DNA of 42,138 bases from a virus (Duplodnaviria > Heunggongvirae > Uroviricota > Caudoviricetes), in the IMG/VR virus record IMGVR_UViG_2737471818_000002, positions 1-42,138 of that record. One strand, 5' to 3'. The position numbers were made by a program, and so were the translations under genes. The notes below the pieces were generated by a model that was not told the DNA's origin, ran no database searches, and saw only the letters and a list, made by a program, of their open reading frames with translations. Of the stretch, positions 31,018-38,827 are shown piece by piece. Each line of letters starts with the position of its first letter. The first letter of the stretch is position 1.

Positions 31018-31882
31018 GAACTTTCAGGTAGGTATTATCGTTAAGCAGGAAATCAAATCCCTTTTTGTGCCAGACGGTTCCGCGTTGATGGTTTGGACGC
31101 TCTTCGAACATCCATCGGCAATTTTCGCCTACGTAGCTCAAATAATTTCTCCAGTCCTGCATCGTGAACCCATGCCCGTCAAGCTGGCGGGTTATCACTC
31201 CGGCTTTGCGCCAGAACGTTCGGATCTGGTTTTTACGCTTGTCATTCAGTGCGCGGATTTTTGGCGCTTCAGGAAGGATTTCGTGGTAAGCATCGACAAC
31301 ATCCTGACAGCTAACGGAAGGTTTTTTCTTGTCAGACTTTTTGTCTGCTGCGGTACTCTCTAATACGTCAGTATTAGAGATATTATTTATATTATTGTTT
31401 ATGGACAACCGTTGGACAACCGTTGGACAATCTCCGCTGAGAGGCGCGCCATTACTGGTGTTTGCGTTGGACAACCGTTGGACAACTGTTGGACAATTTT
31501 TTGCCTGAAAATCGTCATATTTAACGATTGTAAACAGGCTAAATTTCTTCCCCATCGAGCAAATATTAAGCATCCCTTTCGACTCAAAAGTCCGTAATAA
31601 GCTCCGAACTTTGTTGTCTGGGATGAATGTTTCTCTGACCAGCGACGGGCGTCCAGTTATCATCTGACCGCGATCAACAGTTATCGGACCGATATCCGTA
31701 TTGACGACAGTAGATTCGTGATTAGCCTTGAGGATTAAGTGAAGCCAAAGATGTACTGCCTGAGAGTCCTTATAGAGCCTGCTGTCCATAAACTGGCGGT
31801 GTATAGAGACATACCCCATACTGGATGCCTCCTGATGTTGTACAGGGTTATGCCTGTAATCAGCTAACTTAACGACGCCCAT
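30992..31882 (-). CDS. Replication initiator protein (lambda O / P22 gene 18 analogue) containing ori iterons
   Basis: 296-aa ORF with AGGAG RBS; internal direct repeats encode CPTVVQRLS repeats; position between cII and helicase. Confidence 0.75.
   Translation of the reverse strand: MGVVKLADYRHNPVQHQEASSMGYVSIHRQFMDSRLYKDSQAVHLWLHLILKANHESTVVNTDIGPITVDRGQMITGRPSLVRETFIPDNKVRSLLRTFESKGMLNICSMGKKFSLFTIVKYDDFQAKNCPTVVQRLSNANTSNGAPLSGDCPTVVQRLSINNNINNISNTDVLESTAADKKSDKKKPSVSCQDVVDAYHEILPEAPKIRALNDKRKNQIRTFWRKAGVITRQLDGHGFTMQDWRNYLSYVGENCRWMFEERPNHQRGTVWHKKGFDFLLNDNTYLKVREGEHDDR
31370..31496. repeat. Origin of replication: six 11-bp iterons (GTTGGACAACC-like) in two clusters, next to an AT-rich tract
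   Basis: GGACAACCGTTGGACAACCGTTGGACAA (31403-31430) and GTTGGACAACCGTTGGACAACTGTTGGACAA (31466-31496) inside the initiator gene; AT-rich 31370-31402. Confidence 0.65.
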
Positions 31883-32030
31883 GTTTCACTCCTGCTTTGG
31901 CTAGTCTGTAAACACCAACAAGGCGCTCTGCGAACGCCCTGTTATTTGCTGCGGCTACCACTAATCCCTCAGGTGAATCAGGGTGTCGAATCTCTTCTTT
32001 TTCCTGGTATTTCTTACGACGTTTTGTCAT
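31868..32030 (-). CDS. Hypothetical small basic protein between cII and the initiator gene
   Basis: 54-aa ORF (MTKRRKKYQEKEEIRHPDSPEG...) with AGGAG RBS 5 nt upstream; its end overlaps the initiator start. Confidence 0.35.
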
Positions 32031-32064
32031 AATTACTCCTGTGGATTGATCCAGTCTTTCTACA

Positions 32065-32343
32065 TCAGGCCTCGAAGAATTCGCCGTTCTTCGGGGCTTT
32101 TTCTTTTGTCAGCATTCTGGCTACTTTCTTAGCCAGTTCAGCCAACTCCTCGTCTTCAACACCCCATTCAAGAACAGCCAGAAGCATGGCCATCTTTGGG
32201 ATAAAGCTGTCTTTCCATCGCGAAATTTGCGATTCATTGATCCCTAATGCATCAGCAACCTTTCGCTGACCACGTACAGCAATTCGATTCAGGATGTTGC
32301 TTGTAATTGCATTCGCTTTCTTGCGACTACTTGTAAGTTCCAT
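32065..32343 (-). CDS. cII: CII / P22 C1-type transcriptional activator
   Basis: 92 aa from the Met at 32343 (AAGGA RBS); motif GINESQISRWK...IPKMAMLLAVLEWGV matches recalled lambda CII; the longer 32430 start would span the nutR site. Confidence 0.8.
   Translation of the reverse strand: MELTSSRKKANAITSNILNRIAVRGQRKVADALGINESQISRWKDSFIPKMAMLLAVLEWGVEDEELAELAKKVARMLTKEKAPKNGEFFEA
32297..32310 (+). promoter_or_regulatory. Candidate CII-binding site of a PRE-type promoter
   Basis: TTGC-N6-TTGC (TTGCTTGTAATTGC) antisense within the 5' part of cII; neighbouring sequence CCATATGTAAGTATTTCCTTA matches the lambda cII start region as recalled. Confidence 0.4.
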
Positions 32344-32401
32344 ATGTAAGTATTTCCTTAACAAATAATAAGTTATGCGCATCAACTTATGCGCGTTGTA
32401 T

Positions 32402-32444
32402 TCCCGCATTTCGGCGGGAATGAGGACCATGACTGTTAAAGAGC
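32402..32444 (-). promoter_or_regulatory. nutR: boxA (GCTCTTTAACA) and boxB hairpin (UCCCGCCGAAAUGCGGGA) on the rightward transcript
   Basis: BoxA consensus-like sequence after the cro stop, followed by a 6-bp stem / 6-nt loop hairpin identical to the one downstream of PL. Confidence 0.5.
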
Positions 32445-32451
32445 AATTTGC

Positions 32452-32637
32452 TTATGCCGCTTTGCGGTAAGCGCTTTCTTGATACTTCAGGGCGCCAGCT
32501 GTAACGACTTCCAGTCGATAGGCGTCTTTCTCTGGGATGACTTCCTTCCACTGAGAGACTGCTGCGTCGCTAATGCCTAACGCTTTAGCTACAGCACGCT
32601 GGGTTCCGAAGTGGTCGATAACATCTTTCTTGTACAT
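32452..32637 (-). CDS. cro: Cro repressor, P22 type
   Basis: 61-aa ORF near-identical to recalled P22 Cro (MYKKDVIDHFGTQRAVAKALGISDAAVSQWKEVIPEKDAYRLE). Confidence 0.9.
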   Translation of the reverse strand: MYKKDVIDHFGTQRAVAKALGISDAAVSQWKEVIPEKDAYRLEVVTAGALKYQESAYRKAA

Positions 32638-32651
32638 AGACTCGCTCCGAA

Positions 32652-32717
32652 ATTAAAGAACACTTAAATTATCCACTAAAGGAATCTTAAGTCAAGTTTA
32701 TTTAAGATGTCTTAACT
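32652..32717. promoter_or_regulatory. Right operator region: three 18-bp P22-type operators with divergent PR (for cro) and PRM (for c2)
   Basis: Sites at 32652-32669, 32675-32692 and 32700-32717 each fit AnTnAAGnnnnCTTnAnT; PR on minus strand with TTGACT (32690-32695), 17-bp spacer, ATAATT (32667-32672). Confidence 0.6.
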
Positions 32718-33368
32718 ATGAAAACTCAATTGATGGGAGAGCGCATTCGCGCTCGGAGAAAAGAACTCAAGATCAGGCAGGCCGCACTTGGAAAGATGGT
32801 CGGCGTGTCTAATGTTGCCATATCTCAGTGGGAACGCTCTGAGACAGAGCCAAATGGAGAGAATCTTCTCGCCCTGGCTAATGCGTTGAAGTGTTCCCCT
32901 GACTATCTGATGAAAGGAGAGGAAAGTCTTTCAAACATTGCCTATCACAGTAGGCATGATCCAAGAGGGTCATTCCCTCTGATTAGCTGGGTGAGCGCAG
33001 GATGCTGGATGGAAGCTGTAGAACCATATCATAAGCGTGCAATAGATAACTGGTACGATACAACCGTAGATTGTTCAGAAGATTCGTTTTGGCTGGACGT
33101 AAAGGGTGATTCGATGACGGCTCCAGCCGGTCTTAGCATCCCTGAAGGAATGATAATACTCGTCGATCCTGAAGTAGAGCCGCGTAACGGGAAACTGGTA
33201 GTTGCAAAGCTCGAAGGAGAAAACGAGGCAACTTTCAAGAAGTTAGTTATTGATGCAGGCAGGAAGTTTCTAAAACCACTTAACCCACAATATCCGATGA
33301 TCGAGATCAACGGAAACTGCAAAATCATCGGCGTAGTTGTCGATGCAAAACTAGCAAACCTTCCATAA
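32718..33368 (+). CDS. c2: C2 (CI-type) prophage repressor with LexA-like autocleavage domain, P22 immunity
   Basis: 216-aa ORF highly similar to recalled P22 C2; N-terminal HTH and C-terminal S24 peptidase region (GDSM...K). Confidence 0.95.
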   Translation: MKTQLMGERIRARRKELKIRQAALGKMVGVSNVAISQWERSETEPNGENLLALANALKCSPDYLMKGEESLSNIAYHSRHDPRGSFPLISWVSAGCWMEAVEPYHKRAIDNWYDTTVDCSEDSFWLDVKGDSMTAPAGLSIPEGMIILVDPEVEPRNGKLVVAKLEGENEATFKKLVIDAGRKFLKPLNPQYPMIEINGNCKIIGVVVDAKLANLP

Positions 33369-33391
33369 GGGGGCATTCGCCCCTTTTTTTT
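33369..33391 (+). terminator. Intrinsic terminator after the repressor gene
   Basis: GGGGC-ATTC-GCCCC hairpin followed by eight T immediately after the c2 stop. Confidence 0.6.
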
Positions 33392-33434
33392 ATTTCCTTT
33401 AAAAATCAAAGCCAAACTTAAGTTACGAAAGAAA

Positions 33435-33488
33435 ATTTAAGTTTTCTTCAAAAATACTCTTGACCATTAATTAAAGAGATCTTAAATT
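33435..33488 (+). promoter_or_regulatory. PL promoter with overlapping OL operators
   Basis: TTGACC (33460-33465), 17-bp spacer, TAAATT (33483-33488); operator-consensus sites at 33470-33487 and 33435-33452. Confidence 0.5.
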
Positions 33489-33534
33489 TAAGCCATCAGC
33501 AGGACGCTGGAAGCCAAACGGAACAGATTGGCAG

Positions 33535-33575
33535 GCTCTTTAACATTGATGGGATTGTCCCGCCGAAATGCGGGA
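33535..33575 (+). promoter_or_regulatory. nutL: boxA (GCTCTTTAACA) and boxB hairpin identical to nutR
   Basis: BoxA at 33535-33545 and TCCCGCCGAAATGCGGGA at 33558-33575 downstream of PL; same two elements occur in transcript sense at nutR. Confidence 0.5.
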
Positions 33576-33888
33576 ACCAAAGAGTAGTTGGCTTTGGGGT
33601 GGCGTGAAGTGCAGCTGCACGACGGCAACCGGAAGATAAGCACCCGGCGCGTCACCGCCAAAGTCAATTCCATAGGCGTTATGCAGCCGCCACCATATTC
33701 AAGAAAGCTGCACAAGAGGTAGGAGGATTTATGTGAATACTTACATTCAATTGAGAGATTAATTAAATAGAACTGATCGAGCAGAGTCCATAAAGGCTCA
33801 TAAATGCTCTTCCATCCCCGTCTAATTGGCGGGGAAGGAAACCACTTTGTAATAAAAAAATTCCAAAGTTGTTTCATCGGAGGTCAAC

Positions 33889-34188
33889 ATGACAGTAGTC
33901 ATTACATATCTGGCTGACGATAACGCCAGAAATCGCCGCAGAGCACGCAGACAGGCTCAACGTGAACAGGCAATGCAAGAGCAGCGACTGGCGCGAAAGA
34001 TTGCGCTAAAGCTCTCTGGTTGCGTCAGAGCAGATAAAGCAGCATCACTCGGAAGCCTTCGCTGCAAGAAGGCAGAAGAAGTCGAGCGTAAACAGAACCG
34101 TATTTACTACCGCAAGCCACGCAGTGAAATGGGTGTGACTTGTGTTGGTCGCCAGAAAATGAAATTAGGCAGCAAACCACTTATTTGA
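33889..34188 (+). CDS. N: Antitermination protein N
   Basis: 99-aa ORF with GGAGGT RBS; N-terminal arginine-rich motif (NARNRRRARRQAQREQA); C-terminus YYRKPRSEMGVTCVGRQKMKLGSKPLI resembles recalled lambda N. Confidence 0.75.
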   Translation: MTVVITYLADDNARNRRRARRQAQREQAMQEQRLARKIALKLSGCVRADKAASLGSLRCKKAEEVERKQNRIYYRKPRSEMGVTCVGRQKMKLGSKPLI

Positions 34189-34198
34189 GGGGTGAATT

Positions 34199-34513
34199 AT
34201 GGCGTCGAACGGAATTAGCTTTAAAGACAATAATCTTTTAAGTCTCCGAGTTGATGAGATAATTTCCATTGTTACAACCTTTCCGACAAAAAAGGAAGCG
34301 TTAAAAGCTGGTTCTAAATATGGATGGTCATCAGCTTTCCTTATAGAGCGTAGATTTGAAAAGGTTTGGTTGGTGGGGAAAAAGGATTTCCAAAACGACC
34401 ATATCGGGAATGTGGAGTTCGAAGTATTCCGCATTCCATTGTTGAGATGGGAAAAGACTGCTGGAATTACACACTGCCCAATTATTTCAGTGCGCAGATA
34501 TAAAGCCGCATAG
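34199..34513 (+). CDS. Hypothetical protein A of AT-rich early-left accessory module
   Basis: 104-aa ORF with GAGGGG RBS, 10 bp after the N stop; about 40% GC by eye; no recognisable motif. Confidence 0.5.
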   Translation: MASNGISFKDNNLLSLRVDEIISIVTTFPTKKEALKAGSKYGWSSAFLIERRFEKVWLVGKKDFQNDHIGNVEFEVFRIPLLRWEKTAGITHCPIISVRRYKAA

Positions 34514-34576
34514 TCGGCCTTTATTTTTGGCATAAACAAGAGAATAAACACTGCACTTAATTATTTGAGGTTAGAT

Positions 34577-35047
34577 ATGACAAAATCATGGAGCGTACCT
34601 TTTCCTGAATCAGAAACTGAACATGAGGGAATGCCTGTTTTCTGGAGATTCCAGGCGACAGTTGAAGAAGATGGAATCAAAATATTCGCACTTCAATATA
34701 TAGCTTTTCATCAGACAGAGCATTATGCATGGTTGGTTCCTGCGCATTGGATTGTTGATTTTAAACCAGCACCAAATCAGTGGTTACAGGAATGGAAACA
34801 AAAGAGAAATAGATATGCAATTAAGAAAGTAGCAAAAAATGCAGAAAGATCTTTTGCATTCCCAACGAAGAAACTTGCCATTGAGAGTTTATTGCGCCGG
34901 AAGAAATACCATTTAATGAGAATCAAACAAGATTTGGCTGTTGTATCAACTCTTGTTGATGGGATGAAGAATATTGATACATCAACACCAGATATTGAAT
35001 ATAACTTTGGGCACAACCAAGAAACAGAAAATTGGGTATTTTATTAG
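34577..35047 (+). CDS. Hypothetical protein B of AT-rich early-left accessory module
   Basis: 156-aa ORF from ATG at 34577 with GAGG RBS; AT-rich; Trp/His-rich N-terminal half and basic central segment; no recognisable motif. Confidence 0.5.
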   Translation: MTKSWSVPFPESETEHEGMPVFWRFQATVEEDGIKIFALQYIAFHQTEHYAWLVPAHWIVDFKPAPNQWLQEWKQKRNRYAIKKVAKNAERSFAFPTKKLAIESLLRRKKYHLMRIKQDLAVVSTLVDGMKNIDTSTPDIEYNFGHNQETENWVFY

Positions 35048-35152
35048 TACGAGTAAGCACTATGTATTCATTCCAACGAGTGAATACACGGAGCAATGTC
35101 GCTCGTAACTAAACAGGAGCCGACTTGTTCTGATTATTGGAAATCTTCTTTG

Positions 35153-35178
35153 CCCTCCGATGTGAGGGCAATTTTTTT
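35153..35178 (+). terminator. Intrinsic terminator after the AT-rich accessory module
   Basis: GCCCTC-CGATGT-GAGGGC hairpin followed by seven T, ending 13 bp before the next start codon. Confidence 0.55.
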
Positions 35179-35190
35179 GACGGAGGATAT

Positions 35191-36159
35191 ATGAGTGAAG
35201 TAACAGATTTAGTTGTTATTGAAAAAGCAAATGCAATGACTGTATTTCAGTCTGCCGACCAGATTGAAGAAATCCTTCAAAAGGTTGAACGTGAAGTTAT
35301 GTCCTTTGTGCCTGATATCACAACGGCAAAGGGCAGAAAGGAGATCGCTTCTCTGGCGTATAAAGTTGCGCAGACGAAAACATATCTCGATGGTCTTGGC
35401 AAAGACCTTGTTGCTGAACTGAAGGAAATTCCAAAGCTAATTGATGCCAACCGCAAGACAGTGCGCGATCGCCTTGATGAACTGAAAGCCAAGGCGCGCC
35501 AGCCTCTTACTGATTATGAGGAAGAACAGGCGCGGATTAAAGCCGAAGAAGAAGCTAAGGCAGCAGCTGAAGCTCTCGCAAAGCAAATTGAGTCTGACCA
35601 TGAAATAGCGATTTTGATGGATCGCGAATTTGACCGCCAAAGAGAAGAGGCAAGACTCAAAGCGGAGCAGGAAAAGCGAGAGCATGAAGAACGCTTAAAA
35701 AGAGAAGCTGAAGAGAAAGCCAGAGCTGAAGCCGAAGCAAAGACAAAAGCCGAAATTGAAGCAGCAGCAAGGCGAGAAGCAGAAGCTAAGGCCGCAGCGG
35801 AACGTGCAGAGCGTGAACGCATTGAAGCCGAGCAACGAGCACAGCGCGAAGCAAAAGAGGCAGCAGAACGAGCTGAAAGAGAAAAGCAGGCGGCAATTGA
35901 AGCAGAACGCCGAAAAGCACAGGAGGAGGCTGAACGAATCAGGCGCGAGGCTGAAGCAAAAGAGCAAGCCAGAATAGCAGAAGAAAAAAGAATCAAGGAA
36001 GAAGAAGAGCGTAGAGCAAAGGATAAAGCTCACCGGAAAGAAGTAAATAACAAAATACTTGCTGACCTTATCAAGGTTGGCGCATCAGAAGATGTTGCTA
36101 AAAATATCATAACAGCCATCGTAAAAGGCGAAGTATTCGCAACAAAAATAACCTACTAA
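35191..36159 (+). CDS. Hypothetical coiled-coil protein with Ala/Glu/Lys/Arg-rich repetitive central region
   Basis: 322 aa from ATG at 35191 with GGAGGA RBS; about 200 aa of repetitive charged coiled coil; ordered N- and C-terminal regions. Confidence 0.5.
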   Translation: MSEVTDLVVIEKANAMTVFQSADQIEEILQKVEREVMSFVPDITTAKGRKEIASLAYKVAQTKTYLDGLGKDLVAELKEIPKLIDANRKTVRDRLDELKAKARQPLTDYEEEQARIKAEEEAKAAAEALAKQIESDHEIAILMDREFDRQREEARLKAEQEKREHEERLKREAEEKARAEAEAKTKAEIEAAARREAEAKAAAERAERERIEAEQRAQREAKEAAERAEREKQAAIEAERRKAQEEAERIRREAEAKEQARIAEEKRIKEEEERRAKDKAHRKEVNNKILADLIKVGASEDVAKNIITAIVKGEVFATKITY

Positions 36160-36183
36160 TAAAACCAACATAAGGAACCACCC

Positions 36184-36315
36184 ATGATTTACGCAATCGC
36201 GGGAGGCGCTCGCATGGGTGCCTTCCAACTAAATGAATCTTTACTTGAACGAATCACCCGTAAATTACGTGACGGATGGAAAAGAGTTGAGGTCTTATTA
36301 TGCGCAATGAAATAG
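36184..36315 (+). CDS. cIII: CIII-like protein (protects CII from FtsH)
   Basis: 43-aa ORF with AAGGA RBS; core ESLLERITRKLRDGWKR is the conserved CIII region as recalled from lambda. Confidence 0.7.
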   Translation: MIYAIAGGARMGAFQLNESLLERITRKLRDGWKRVEVLLCAMK

Positions 36316-36452
36316 CCATCAATCACCAGATGCTTCGTGCTGCACAAAACAAAGCAGTAATAGCCAGATTTATTGGTGATTCCAAGATGTGGCTTGAAGC
36401 AAATAAAGCGATGAAATCAGCTATCAACCTTCCGTGGTATCGCAGGAAATGA
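36300..36452 (+). CDS. kil: Kil-like host-division inhibitor
   Basis: 50-aa ORF overlapping cIII; motif IARFIGDSKMW.EA resembles recalled lambda Kil (ATFIGDEKMFREA). Confidence 0.5.
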   Translation: MRNEIAINHQMLRAAQNKAVIARFIGDSKMWLEANKAMKSAINLPWYRRK

Positions 36453-36708
36453 GTTTTACAGATAACTGGTCAGACGAAGAATTCATTCGTCAGATGAAAG
36501 ATTTAATCGGTAACGAAGGAGATATTCATGTCACTTGCAACCACAGTGAAGGAGAGCAAGTTACAGAGACGCATGTACACGCAGAAAGCTCTCTGGTATC
36601 GCCATAATGGTGACCGCGAAGGAATGCGGGTATGCCTTAATTTGTCCCGAGTCGAAGTATTAAATCAGCGTTATTTCCTTGGGCCGTGTCCATTCTGAGA
36701 ACAATCAT

Positions 36709-37314
36709 ATGAGCAAAGAATTTTACGCAAGACTGGCAGCTATTCAGGAGAATCTGAACGCGCCAAAGAATCAGTACAACTCATTCGGCAAATATAAATA
36801 CAGAAGCTGCGAAGATATTCTTGAAGGCGTTAAGCCGTTACTGAATGGTCTGTTTTTATCAATCAGCGATGAAGTTGTGTTGATTGGTGATCGGTATTAC
36901 GTGAAAGCCACGGCAACTATTACCGATGGCGAAAACAGTCATACGGCAACCGCTCTTGCACGAGAGGAAGAAAGCAAGAAAGGAATGGATTCTGCACAAG
37001 TTACGGGAGCTACAAGCTCTTATGCACGCAAGTATTGCCTCAATGGTTTGTTCGGCATTGATGATGCGAAAGATGCAGATACCGACGAGCATAAACATCA
37101 GCAGAACGCAGCAGCAAAGCAGTCAAAACCATCACCTACACCTGAACAGGTTCTAAAAGCATTCACTGACGCAGCAATGCAGAAAAACACCGTAGAAGAG
37201 CTTAAACAGGCGTTCGCCAAAGCATGGAAGATGCTCGAAGGCACACCGGAGCAGCACAAAGCGCAGGACGTTTACAACATCAGACGAGACGAATTAGAAG
37301 GAGCGGCTGCTTAA
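36709..37314 (+). CDS. erf: Erf family ssDNA-annealing recombinase
   Basis: 201 aa from MSKEFYARLAAIQENLNAPKNQYNSFGKYKYRSCEDILEGVKPLL; near-identical N-terminal domain to recalled P22 Erf. Confidence 0.9.
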   Translation: MSKEFYARLAAIQENLNAPKNQYNSFGKYKYRSCEDILEGVKPLLNGLFLSISDEVVLIGDRYYVKATATITDGENSHTATALAREEESKKGMDSAQVTGATSSYARKYCLNGLFGIDDAKDADTDEHKHQQNAAAKQSKPSPTPEQVLKAFTDAAMQKNTVEELKQAFAKAWKMLEGTPEQHKAQDVYNIRRDELEGAAA

Positions 37315-37697
37315 TGGCACATTCGATTACTGTAAGACTAAACAAGCCCGCAAGAGAGTTTCAGGCCGGGGAAAATATCGGATTCAACATCCGTGCTGGC
37401 GTTCAGTATTACGATCGCCAGACAAAAAAGAAAGAATGGACAAACTACAGCGCCGTTGTATTTGCCAAGCCGGGAGCGCAAGCGGATTACTACCGTAGCG
37501 TTCTTGTTGAAGGTGGCATTGTTGAAATTACCGGAGAAAACATCAGGGTTGATGTTTATCAGGGGCAAAATGGTCAATCAATCACTCTTGAATTACTGAA
37601 TTCAAAGATTGGATTTGCAACTTCAGGAAACAGCCAACAGCAACAAAGCAGTAACCAGCAGAACACTCCTGTATACGACGATTCCATCCCATTCTGA
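37314..37697 (+). CDS. Single-stranded DNA-binding protein-like protein
   Basis: 127-aa ORF from the ATG overlapping the erf stop (AAGGAG RBS); Gln-rich linker and SSB-type C-terminal tail DDSIPF. Confidence 0.6.
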   Translation: MAHSITVRLNKPAREFQAGENIGFNIRAGVQYYDRQTKKKEWTNYSAVVFAKPGAQADYYRSVLVEGGIVEITGENIRVDVYQGQNGQSITLELLNSKIGFATSGNSQQQQSSNQQNTPVYDDSIPF

Positions 37698-37720
37698 TTT
37701 AGAAAAATAAGGATTCCATT

Positions 37721-38014
37721 ATGCCAGCGCCTCTGTATGGTGCGGATGACGCGCGCCGCTGTTCCGGCAATTCCGTATCGGAGGTGCTGGATAAATTCAG
37801 AAAAAACTACGACCTGATAATGTCGCTACCGCAGGAAACGAAAGAGGAAAAGGAATTTCGCCACTGTATATGGCTTGCAGAGAAAGAAGAACGAGAGCGA
37901 ATTTACCAGACATCAATCCGACCATTCCGCAAAGCCACATATACCCACTTCCCTGAAATTGACCCGCGCCTGCGTAATTACCGCTCACGCTATGGCGCTA
38001 TCAGTAATGACTGA
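37721..38014 (+). CDS. Hypothetical early-left protein
   Basis: 97-aa ORF in operon context; no motif recognised. Confidence 0.4.
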   Translation: MPAPLYGADDARRCSGNSVSEVLDKFRKNYDLIMSLPQETKEEKEFRHCIWLAEKEERERIYQTSIRPFRKATYTHFPEIDPRLRNYRSRYGAISND

Positions 38015-38026
38015 GGAATTTACCAT

Positions 38027-38192
38027 GAGAGGACTTGCATACAATCCCGGCATTCTTCCGGCAGAAATGATTATTCGCCAGCGCGTAAAGCCAATGCCAT
38101 CGAGAGAGGAATTACTTAAGCGAGAGAGTTTCGGTTCTGTTAATGACAACAAATATCTGAATGCGATGTTGCGCAAAGGAGGCAACCAATGA
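38027..38192 (+). CDS. Hypothetical small protein
   Basis: 55-aa ORF with GAGGAA RBS, overlapping the next gene start. Confidence 0.3.
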
Positions 38193-38827
38193 GCAAGATT
38201 GACTATCAGGCACTGCGTGAAAAGGCAGAGAAAGCAACGTGTGGTGTGTGGTCGCTCGAATATGGAGAGGAGAGATTTGATGCTGATGATGCGCTAATTC
38301 ATCGTGAAGTTGCTGGATATATTCCCATTTGCAGAATTGAAGGAGCGCATCCTGAAAGCGGTTTCGATGAAGATTTCCAAATGGAACAGCAGGCCAATGC
38401 TGAATTCATCGCCGCAGCCAATCCGGCTACCGTCTTGGCGCTGCTTGGCGAGCTGGAAGCAGAGCCGGTGGCGTGGAAGGTAACCTTCACGCAAATTGAC
38501 CATGAATATAATACGTTCACCGCTATGTATTCTGACAAAGCAGAAGCCGAACGGTGGGTGCGACTGCATAAAGTCGGTGATTTTCTGGCAGAAATAACAC
38601 CGCTTTACGCAGCGCCGCCAGCGCCAGTAGTGCCAGATGATTGGCAACTCGTACCTAAGAAAATAACACTGGAAATGGAATGTGCTCTATCAAAAGCTGA
38701 TAGCTATGAAATTGGTTGGCTATGGGCATTGGCGGCCGCACCTAAATACGAAGTACAGAACGCTAAACGCATGCAAAACGCGCTTAACGCCTGCCGCGCC
38801 GCCATGCTTAAGGGAGATAAATCATGA
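38189..38827 (+). CDS. Ead/Ea22-like protein
   Basis: 212-aa ORF; N-terminus [21 protein letters not shown] typical of the Ead/Ea22-like family. Confidence 0.6.
   Translation: MSKIDYQALREKAEKATCGVWSLEYGEERFDADDALIHREVAGYIPICRIEGAHPESGFDEDFQMEQQANAEFIAAANPATVLALLGELEAEPVAWKVTFTQIDHEYNTFTAMYSDKAEAERWVRLHKVGDFLAEITPLYAAPPAPVVPDDWQLVPKKITLEMECALSKADSYEIGWLWALAAAPKYEVQNAKRMQNALNACRAAMLKGDKS

Noticed and set aside
31403-31496. Short direct repeats that could be mistaken for a CRISPR array
   Set aside because: Only six 11-bp units, no spacers of uniform length, and they lie inside the replication initiator gene next to an AT-rich tract; interpreted as ori iterons.
32065-32430. Longer 121-aa version of the cII ORF starting at 32430
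   Set aside because: The extension would run through the nutR boxB hairpin and lacks an RBS, whereas the Met at 32343 has an AAGGA RBS and gives a product of typical CII/C1 length.
33488-33877. 129-aa minus-strand ORF between PL and the N gene
   Set aside because: It lies antisense to the PL leader carrying the nutL boxA/boxB and has no convincing start context; the region is better explained as the N leader.
35514-36033. Two long minus-strand ORFs (160 aa and 112 aa) with Ala/Ser/Cys/Phe-rich low-complexity translations
   Set aside because: They are antisense to the repetitive coiled-coil gene and arise from its repeat DNA; no RBS and implausible composition.
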